Of a stretch of 64,000 bases of DNA, positions 53,821 through 64,000 are shown piece by piece. The position numbers and the translations under genes are program-made. This DNA comes from Octopus vulgaris. Its lineage: Eukaryota. The stretch lies in the NCBI GenBank assembly GCA_951406725.2, contig OX597816.1, forward strand, positions 149,482,001-149,546,000. The letters run 5' to 3'. Within the stretch, counting starts at the first letter, position 1, and each line of letters opens with the position of its first letter. The notes beneath the pieces are model-generated. The model saw nothing but the letters and a program-made list of their open reading frames with translations, was not told the DNA's origin and made no database searches.

Positions 53821-55106
53821 AAAACATCATCATTTAACGCCCATTTCCCATGCTGGCATGGGTTGGATGGTTTCACTGAAAATTGGTAAGCTGCACCAGG
53901 TTCCATTCTGATTTGGCATAGTTTCTATGGCTGGATGCCCTTTCTAACACCATTCCAAGAGTGTAGTGGGTGTTTTTTACGTACCATTGGCATGGGTGCC
54001 AGTTGCATAAACACTGGCATCGGCTACAACTACAATCGCATTTGGTTTGACAGGTTTTCTCAAGCATGGTATATCACCAAAGGTCTCAGTCACTTGTCAC
54101 TGCCTCTATGAGGCCCAACATTCAAAGGATGCTTTTTATGTGCAGCCAGCATGGTTGCTAGTTACTAGCATTTCACTAGGCTTGACAGGTCTTCTCAAGC
54201 ATGGCATATTGCCCAACATTTGAAGGGTGATTTTTACATACCACCAGTATGGGTGCCAGTTGTGTGACATTAGCATCGGTCATGACTATGACTTCACTTG
54301 GCTTACTGGGTCTTCTCAAGCACAGAATATTGCCAACGGTCTTGGTCACTAGTCATTGCCTCTGTGAAGCTCAATGTTCAAAGATCATGCTTCACCACCT
54401 CGTCCCATATCTTCCTGTATCTACCTCTTCCACAGATTTCCTCCCTTCTTCACACAGCTGTCCTTATCCATATACATCTCATGGCCATACCAGCACAGTT
54501 GTCTCTTTAGCACACTGCATCTGATGTCAACAATATCCATTCCTCTCCAGAAAATCGAATATTGTGACTGCTGCCACGGATGGCTATTCTGCAGAAGTTT
54601 CAGCCATGTGATAGATACATCATGAGTCAGGTGATGCAAACCTGAGAAATTCTCCACTATAGTGTAATAATCCAGATTTAAGGATGCAGCATTTTATACC
54701 ACATGACCTATCTTGACCAGTAGGCAGCAGGTTTATCAGCAACTTGCAGATACATCTTCATTCATTCGAAAGATCGTAGGTGTTCTTTGTGTGAAACTTT
54801 AAGTAATGCAAGCCAATCATTAAATCTAAAGAATTTGTTCAATGCTGATTTCTTTCTTTTACACACATCCGTAATATTGTCAAATTTTATGATTCTACTT
54901 TCGTCAAATAGATAAGTTGTTGACAGGTTACATTAGCTTTATTTTGAGAAAATATTTTTTCCTGCGTTACTTTTGGTTCGCTAAGAAATTAAAAATATGC
55001 TAAACAATTCAAATTATTTTTCCAAATTGGTTCTATATGTTCCTGCTATAGTGCTATATAATATTTGATGAATATAAATTCGTCGTATTGATTTCTTACA
55101 TAAGCA

Positions 55107-55599
55107 CTCTGTTTATAGAGGAATGAAAGGTTATGACATTCGTACTTTTTACGACGTAAATGAATGGAATATCTTTATAGGGGGATCGAAAGCATGATTG
55201 TATCCTTGGTTTGTCACAGCTTACTGTTAAGCTAAGGTGTTCACTATTGATATTTATCAATCAACAGATATTCCTATGAGATAGTATAGACTTCTCGGAT
55301 AGAGTAAACTCGGGGTTGTTGTGCTTGTTGTTTAACCCCAAGTCAACCCCATTCGAGCAAACCTATGATCAAAAGGTAATCTAGTTATGAACATACTGTC
55401 TTTTAGGGTGCGACTTAGCACTACATCGTCCGAGGTATCCATTAAGACGGTAGGATGTGTATTTGAGGGAGATTTGTAAACCCCTATGACAAATTAAGCA
55501 TACAACCACGCTTTCCATCCTCCTATAAAGATATTCCATTCATTTACGTCGTAAATAGTACGAACGTCATAACCTCATTTTCATTCCTTGAAAACAGAG
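55107..55599. repeat. Inverted repeat with arms of about 113 bp; right arm bounded by a 12-bp duplication
   Basis: 55107-55219 vs 55483-55599; gagggagatttg at 55465-55476 and 55597-55608. Confidence 0.9.
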
Positions 55600-56800
55600 G
55601 GAGATTTGGCTACTATTACTAGCAGTTCGGCTACATAGACTTCAACTGTTTTCCATTTAAGTGTGAGCAACAATTGTTATGATCAGAATGTAGCAACCTA
55701 AGGTTAATTATATATTATTAAACATTACACCGCAGCACATAACCTAAAACATGATTATGTAAACATTATTTCGTCTCGCAGTGAACACTGATTAGAGTTA
55801 CACTCGTAGCCGGTTAGTGGATTATCCCAATTTAATTTCTTTTAAGACTCGAATTAAAGTAGCTATCTACTGGATAGTCGAGTTACTGACAAAGGGCTCC
55901 GATTAACTTACGGGTTAAACCCTAAAACTTGCATGTTTACAGTCAGTGTAGTGTCATTTCTTGTGTCAGTCATAGGACTGCGGTCATGGTAAAGACATCG
56001 CTTCGAAGGGTTTAATCGATTACGTAGACCCCCAACCCCCTTACTTCATGTTTAGTATTTACACTAACCGTTTCTTTGTATGGCTGAGGTAAAGAATACG
56101 TACACCACCCGTTTTCGGCGTAACAAAAACCCTAATCCTAAACATCGGGTATTCTTTACTTTCGCCCTTTGTATAACGATTTATAACGTTGGCACAAGGC
56201 CCGCAGAACGAAGAGATGAATGATTGAATAGTATTTTATGGATACTGAAGGGATGAAAATAGCCCTGCAGTGTTTGAACTTGGAATATACTGACGGAATT
56301 GATATCATTATTAGCTATTGTTGTTTAGTCCCGGCTTAACATTGATAGCACAGACATAGCAAAAACATTTCCGTCAAGACAATCCCGTTTTTAAGACTAT
56401 GTAGGCCTTATATTAACTGTATCCTTTCTTTAAGTCGGTGTACTGGAGATTTGGCTGCTATTTCTAGCAAGTTGAATGACTATAGATCAGTATGTCTCAA
56501 ACTTTAACAATCGCCCCCTTTTACTAACACTTTTTAATGCTCCCCCACATACGCACAATGCTACATTTCAACAAAATTAAATACACTACAAGAGATTTCT
56601 GCCCACAGATTGATCGCAATTAAAACATTGCTTGCACTTAAGTCACTTCATTAATAAAATAATGAAGGTTTTAACATTTCGGCTACCAATGTTACCAGAT
56701 CATTCGCAACGTAAATATCAAAAATATTTTTATATATTATGGCAATATGTTCTACTTCCTCCTCTGACTCCAGTGCCTATATAAAATTTTAATAGTGATA

Positions 56801-57207
56801 CTCTTTTACTCTCTTTTATTTGTTTCAGTCATTTGACTGCGGCCATGCTGGAGCACCGCCTTTAATCGAGCAACTCGACCCCGGGACTTATTCTTTTGTA
56901 AGCCCAGTACTTATACTATCGGTCCCTTTTGCCGAACCGCTAAGTAACGGGGACATAAACACACCAGCATCGGTTGTCAAGCAATGCTAGGGGGACAAAC
57001 ACAGACACACAAATACACACACGCATATATATATATATACATATATACGACGGGCTTCTTTCAGTTTCCGTCTACCAAATCCACTCACAAGGCTTTGGTC
57101 GGCCCGAGGCTATAGTAGAAGACACTTGCCCAAGGTGCCACGCAGTGGGACTGAACCCAGAACCATGTGGTTGGTAAACAAGCTACTTACCACACAGCCA
57201 CTCCTGC
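56801..57207 (-). mobile_element. Full-length CpG-intact OR2-like CORE SINE
   Basis: Pol III A and B boxes, CORE-like segment, (AAAAGAG)n-type tail. Confidence 0.93.
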
Positions 57208-57879
57208 TTCTAATAGTACAACATAGCTGAGAGAGAGAGAGAGAGAGAGAGATTGTGGAGGGCGATCAACTGCAGTACTTGACTTTATTTATTGACCCCT
57301 GAAATGACGAAAGGCAAAATTTAGAGAGGACATATATCGCAAGACATTCTATCAACTGCTCTTACAAATTTACCAACCTTTCGATTGAGGTTATGCATTT
57401 AATTAATTGACAAAACTCTCTCTCTCGAGTCTGTTTAAAATCATCGTTGGTACAAAATGCCTTTCGGTATTTAGCCACATCCCTCTACCTTACGAGTTCA
57501 AATTCCGCCTTTCGTCTCTTCATGGAAAATGTCGATAAAATAAAGTACTAGTCTTATACTGAAAACCAACCCAATTTTACTATCTGTTCGTTCTTTCTTA
57601 AATATGCGTGATGCTAAAATCGTTAGAGCATCAGACAAAATGCGGTATTAAAATTACGGTTCTATATGTTCTAAGTTTCACCGAGGCCAGCTTTGAGTCA
57701 ATAAAACAAAGGGTGCTACTTCGGCGTAAACCTAAAACTAACCTGAAATAATCGCCCTTGAAGCTGTAGATCACACGCCAAAATGACACCAAAGTACTGA
57801 GGTTGATGTAATCGACTAATCCCCGCTCCTCAAAACTGCTGACCTTGTGCCTAAATTTCAAATTATTTTCAACTGTGCA

Positions 57880-58545
57880 TTCGACCTGCCGCATCAGCAA
57901 ATTGACTTCTAAATGCAGACATCTCATAGGATGGATCGTATGAACCTTCGTGACAAGTGAACTAGTAGTTATGCTGATTCTATTAGAATACTGACAGCTT
58001 TGGTCTCCAAGCTCATCCGATTTCATAGAAGAAATCACCAGTAAAATAACTTCGGTTAAAGGCTTTAATTACTAGGAACGTCTGAAAACTCTGCATCTCT
58101 ACTCTCTTGAATGCTGAAGAGAGAGAGAGACTATCAAAAACGTATGAAAACGCCTGGAGGGGCATGCTCCAAACTTCGGTATTAGGGAATTTTTAATGGT
58201 AGATACTATCAGCTTCCAAAGTTTCCACCTTGGAAATCACGAGCTAAAACGCTCTAATGTACCACTCTGATATTTAGAGGTCCTTGCTTGTTTAACTGAC
58301 TACCTAAAGAAATCAGAAATATAAAAGGGACCTCTACCGAAACCATAAAAAAACATCGGATAAATAACGATACTGGACTAGCCAACAATTCAAGGATACA
58401 CTTAAGGAAAGTCAGCTGTTACAAACTCAATCATAGGTCAACTTCCAGCCATAAAGCGACAACAAAACTGAAAGAAAATAAATTAAGGCGGTGCTCCGGC
58501 ATGGCTGCAGTCCTACGACTGAAACTATTAAAAGAATTAAAAAAA
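57880..58545 (+). mobile_element. CR1/L2-group LINE 3' end sharing its tail with the OR2-like SINE
   Basis: KCRHLIGWIV*TF...LEY*QLWSP...GFNY*ERLKTLHLYSLE..RER, then tail ggcggtgctccggcatggctgcagtc..gactgaaac..taaaaga. Confidence 0.8.
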
Positions 58546-59924
58546 TGTTTGGCATGCGTGTCTCTTAGTGAAATTGTCTACTATGACCATGTGTTTTCTG
58601 CTTCCCGCCACGCGCTCTTCATAAATCCATTGTCGTTACTTCCAACGAAACCTCCAACGACGCAGATGATACTATCCGCCATTCGTTCCTAAGCTTTCAC
58701 ACTCCAGTGTCATCCACATTCACTGACACCTTGAATAGAGACCTCGAAAATATCCTCCAATAACTCAGGCCAGTCTTATCTCTTTCAACAGCACAAAGAT
58801 AACACACACATATATATATATATATCAAAATATTTATCGCACCTTCAACGGCACCACCACCTCAAATATGGACAGTACATAATAAGAATTTTCAAGGCCG
58901 CTAAGTAATGTTAGGCTTCACCATCACTGAGAATGCATGGAAGAGAGAAGATTATAAAGTTTGGTTTCTCTCTTCAGAGCTAGAAAATTCTTTATCCCCT
59001 TGACAACTATTTTCTACGAAGTTCATGTGATACCTATAATAGAGTACTACTCCCACATCTGAGATAGTGCTTCTTGTACAAAGGTTGGATTGGCATGGAG
59101 TCTCTCATCAATTCTTGCCTCTGACCCACCGATATTTTGTCTCTTCTCTTCTTGATTGGTCTCAGGTTTAATGCCAATCAAGCATTCCCCGAGTCAGTTG
59201 CCTTTCCTTTTCTCATTTATTCATATTACCTTCCTTTCAAATTCCATATTAACTATGCTCTGTCCTTCCCGCCAAGAATGTCAGTACCATCCACTGTACT
59301 TATTTTTCCTATGGCCATCGATTTTCAACCATTCAAAAGGAACGTTAACAGCATTGATTTTATCAACCTCAGTAGGTCTGCGAGAGCTATGAGTACAATC
59401 CCCTCCATCTATCCCCGCGCCCGAAAATAGGTTATAAAATGCAGTGAATATCAAAATTCATAGTGGAAGATAAATTGTGTTGCGAATTGAATTCATGTTT
59501 ACGTTTCGATCCTGCTGTTTTTCCTTTATTGTTCAGATTTGGCCCTCTCATTCATATTACTTGCAAGCAAAGATGACTTGACAGCATGTACCGGCTCTTT
59601 GCTAACCGCTTAGAAACAAGTGAAGTTTGGCGACAGGAAGGCATCAGGCCATAAAAATTCAGCAACTTCCATTTGACTCATGCAAGCACGGAAAAGTGGA
59701 GGATACATATACATATCTTCTATGTTTTATTTATATCTATCGTTAAACTGCGGACATGCTAGAGCACCACTCTGAACGGTTTTAGTCGAACGAATCGACC
59801 CCACCACTTATTTTAAACCACACAGCCAATAAAATAGGGTGATGTTTCATATATGTAATGTCTTTCTTCTTTATTTCCAATCCGTCTGTTTTTCCATCGA
59901 TCTGTTTTTGCATAGTTCCAATAG

Positions 59925-60640
59925 CAAAGCGCCAAATACTCAGGTGGTTAGATTGATGGCTAATGTTGGTGGCCTACTCAGCTTGGACGAACTTCGTGTC
60001 TCCATTGCCCTCGGAGTGGGAGCTGACGTATGCACGGGTTTGATCTGTCGTTGAGGAAGGCTTCTTGACTCTACAGGCCTCCATGGTCTTTCTTGCTGCC
60101 TGAATACTGGTCGCTTCGCGCGCCATACGGAGCTTGGCCCGGGCAAACATCTTGGAACCATCTGGATTGTCCAGATGTGATGGGAAGAGACCTGACGGCC
60201 TCGCCCTGTGCCCCTGGTCGCAAGGCAGATGCCTTGTCTGGGATGTCACAGTTAGCGACTCCTTTGCTGCTTCTCACATCTTGAATGCTACGGTCAGAGC
60301 GAGATCCACAGCTTCTGCAGCCGAGCAGAACAAGAACCTGAAATACCGCGATCTGCCGGCCAACTACATATTCCATCCTGTGGCATTCGAGGCGTTTGGT
60401 GGGGTCGGACCACTAACTGCAAGATTCCTGTCTTCACTGGCAACTCATCTTGCAGAGGTAACTGGTGAGGTTCGTGAGGGCGTTTGGCTGTTCCAGCGAT
60501 TCAGCCTCGCCATCACCTGCGGCAACGCTGCAAGCGTGTTTGGCGTATCTCAATAGCCATTAGAGAGGTTTCCCAGCGCTCCCTACTTTTCAATTATGTT
60601 GTCTGTTTTGTCCAATTTTCTAAATTATATCTTCTGATAT
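59925..60640 (+). mobile_element. CRE-clade non-LTR retrotransposon 3' part (CCHC knuckle and REL endonuclease)
   Basis: ICR*GRLLDSTGLHGLSC...RFARH; EPSGLSRCDGKRPDGL..PW..GRCLVWDVTV...KNLKY...FHPVAFEAFG; GC-rich relative to flanks. Confidence 0.85.
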
Positions 60641-61797
60641 AATAAGAGGGAAGTCAACTGCAATACATTATCCAAACAACTAAACAAGGGAGCATTAACA
60701 TGTTAGAAACTATAAAAGTGCTGGCAGCCAATTAAAATTACGTTTGTAGTTGTCTATAGGAAGTTGTTAGCATCACCGCTGAATCCTTTTCCATTGCGAG
60801 AGAAAAGGACACCGTGAATGTTCCCTCGCAGCGCAACGTGGCCGATTTGGAAAGAGGGGGAAAATCAACCTCAGTACTTGATTGTATTTATTGACGTCGA
60901 AGGATTTGAACTCAATTGTAGAGAGCAGGAGCAAATACAGCAAGGCATTCTATCCGACGCTTTGATGACTCTACCAGTTCACCGCCACATATGTGATATA
61001 ATGAGTTAAAAAAAAAAAAACTTCAATGAATTGATATTATCCATACAATCAGTTGATAAACCACTCCGCCACTAACATCTTTCAAATATAAATTATTTTT
61101 AAAAAATAGAAGGGATGTAACTCCAATAAACCGGATTAACTGAAATGTTAGATCTCGAATGAACACAGTAAGAGATTAAACTGGTAAACCGCGACGCACT
61201 TAATCTCCAGTCGAAACAATTCTACTTCACTTTTGTTGCTAATTTAGGAAAAGCATAAATAAAATCATAAGCTTTATATCTCGTTTTAAAGAAATCAATA
61301 TATTTAATACGCTTTATCCAGCATAGCTATACTAGTAAATTACCTCAGGATAAGCGTTACTAGGAGAGCAATTTTTTTTTTTTCGGCTGGGCAATTTGTA
61401 TAATGTACTTCTTCAAATATTGCTCGTTTCTTTTACTAATTTTATTGAAGCAAAGGAATGTAAAATACTCCCCACCACTTTAGTCCGAACTGAAAAGACA
61501 CACCTTATAAAATTAAGGTTCTCAAAATTGTTACATCCGTGTAATAAGCTATAAATACTAAGTGGTCGGTCATCTTAGGTTACAACACAGTGGATTTGTG
61601 GTATTGAAAGCATTTTTTTCTTTACTGTTATTCACAAAAAAAAAATATAGAACAATTTAATGTGCCTTACGAGACTTCTAACGTTTCATACAGGACACTG
61701 TTGGAAAAGAGAAAGGCCCTGTCCAAACAAAATAAATCTAATCTATCCTTTAAAACTACTGAACTGATTTTTTGCCAACGTAAGACTGCCGGCTTAA

Positions 61798-62602
61798 CTA
61801 CAGATTCCTGTCTCCAGCACCCAACTTTGGATGATCATAACTTTCAGAAAAATGGATATTTTTTAATGAAATTTTCTACCAATATGTGTTATATTATGTA
61901 GATTCCGAATATACAAAACTTTTGGGGGAAGGTGTTTTAAGGGGTGGGGTGGGGAATTTCGGAAAATTCACTGGCGTCCACTTCAATTCGTCTTAACTTT
62001 CAAGAAAATTGATATTTTTAAATGAAATTTTCTACTAATATACCGCGGACTATGTAGATTCCGAGAACATAGGAAGTTTTGGGGGGGAACAATTGGGGGT
62101 TACTTTTGAGGACTGTTCTCCACTCGGGAGTGTTTCGGAACAAGTCTTCCATATTTGTTTCATTTTCTCCGTTTTGTGCGTTTATGCATCCGTAGATTTC
62201 TACTTAAGCAGCAATGTGAATGGAGACTAGAAATCTACGGATACACAAACGCACAAAACGTAGAAAACGAAACAAATATGAACGACTTGTTCCGACCCCC
62301 CCCCGAGTGGGGAACGGTCCTCGAAAATAACCCCTAATTGTTTTCCCCTATGTTCACGGAATCTACATAGTCCGAGGTATATTTGTAGAAAATTTCATTT
62401 AAAAATATCTATTTTCTTGAAAGTTAAAACGAATTGAAGTAGACGCCTTTGAATTTTCCAAAATTCCCCACCTAGCCCCCAAAGTTTTATATATTCGGAA
62501 TCTACATGATATAACACATATTCGTAGGAAATTTCATTAAAAAAAATATCCATTTTTCTGAAAGTCATGATCATCCAAAGTCGTAGAGGCAGAAATCTGT
62601 AG
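61798..62602. mobile_element. Foldback/MITE-like palindrome of about 800 bp
   Basis: Arms about 61798-62202 and 62228-62602 are reverse complements with a loop of about 25 bp; each arm has a duplicated subunit aatgaaattttctac...atgtagattccga. Confidence 0.9.
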
Positions 62603-63224
62603 ATATGCAACACCTTTCTGTCTTGCTAATTTTCCTGCTTTGTTTTTAAATAATATTCAATATTTCAGTTAACTTGCGTTTCATATGTTCATCACTTATT
62701 TCATATGTTTCGAGAATATGTAAACCATTCAGTGTGCATCTTCATGAAACGTTTTTTTCTATTCTTACATTTATAATTAACTTTTTATCGTTTAGAAGAC
62801 AGATCATTAATGTCGAATCGTGAAGCCCAATAAGAGCTGTTAGTTCGGCTGAAGTTACATCAGTGGTGATTGGCTTAATTTGATCATTTATAATGTTTGA
62901 TATATATATAACACTAAGTACAAGATAAAAGACGGATCCAAAGAGAAAAGAGATATGGAATGGCTGAAAATATGAATTTCGACTAAGAAAAATTTCCTAG
63001 AGGTATGAGATGACGAAGCCATCCTCTACAATTTTTTGTGGGAAGAGATCTCGCCACTTAAAATATATTAGTCTAGTAATTCCTGTCATAGAGAAGTTGG
63101 CAAACTAATAAAATACAGATGACTTTAAACTTATCGACACTGTATTGAAAAAAGAATTATATGGATGCAAACTCTGTATCTTCTTATTAATAGGAGGGCG
63201 TGCAAAAATTTTGGTATATGATTC

Positions 63225-63765
63225 TTTCACCTGTACGATTTACACTAAGAAAAAAAAAAAAAGAAACTTCGATTTTTTTGCGTGGAATCAAGTACCCTGA
63301 CCTGATATGCTGCAAACTCCTTATTTTGTTCGGAAAAAAGCGGGGTGGGTGGAAAACCGCCCCTCCCCTATCCCGGAATCATTGGGATTTTTTTTTTTCG
63401 TTGAATGGATTTTGGTGACCTCCTTATATGCTACAAAATGGGGTAGGGTGAGGTGGAAGCCTCGGAAATTTCACCTCCACCCCCATTGATCTTTTCACCT
63501 GCACGATTTTCACTAAGAAGAAAAAAATTTTTTTTTCATTGAATCAAGTACCTTGACCTCATAATATGCTGCAGATTCCTTATTTTTGTTTGGAAAAAAA
63601 GTGGGGTGGGTGGAAAACCGCCCCTTATATCCGGAATCATTGGAAAATTTTTTTTCTTTGTTGACTGAATTCCGGTGACCTAATATGCTTTAAAACCCTT
63701 TTTTGGATTCGGAAAATGGGGTGGAGTGGGGTGGAACCCTCGAAAATTTCACCCCCACCCTCATT
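63225..63765. repeat. Two tandem copies of a unit of about 268 bp inside an unclassified, possibly Helitron-like repeat
   Basis: tttcacctg.acgattt..cactaagaa at 63225 and 63493, with colinear internal blocks. Confidence 0.85.
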
Positions 63766-64000
63766 TTCAAATATTTTTTGCTATTTCTTTCTTTACCCAT
63801 AACATTTAGCAGAAATACGTTTTTGAGAGAGTGTGGATTACATTAGATTGAAAATTCCAAAAAGTTTGAAATGAATGAGTAAAATATTATCAAAATATCT
63901 TTTTCCTACCTCTTAAAATCACTGTATATAATATATATAGTAATCCCGAATAAATTTTCCTGGGTTGCCGTCCTCAGTCAAACCGTCTAACCCATGCCAG

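Noticed and set aside
56488-56790. hAT MITE starting cagtatgtctcaaact
   Set aside because: Only one TIR-like end; no matching right end or TSD found.

Overview
AT-rich, repeat-dense eukaryotic DNA. The SINE and RTE-tail families point to an octopus (cephalopod) genome; this is recognised from memory, not from a search. There are no prokaryotic-type genes, CRISPR arrays, rRNA or true tRNA, and most ORF-track entries are microsatellite or repeat noise. The window holds decayed transposons of many groups: a complete piggyBac with TTAA TSDs, a complete DD37D maT mariner, hAT remnants and MITEs, a pogo-like MITE, a Merlin-like element, RTE, R4/Dong, two HERO, CRE, CR1/L2-group LINEs, Penelope-like remnants and several tRNA-SINE families. 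Manual splice reading reveals a minus-strand multi-exon gene mostly invisible to the ORF track: six phase-compatible exons at 41640-34776 give about 220 aa that I do not recognise, with weaker candidate exons from about 49 kb to 8 kb. Other notable signals are repeated locally templated inverted and direct duplications, a hammerhead-ribozyme core inside a fold-back, a SINE sitting near its likely partner LINE, an 800-bp palindrome, and a CpG-depletion boundary near 54.8 kb. Boundaries of decayed elements are approximate.
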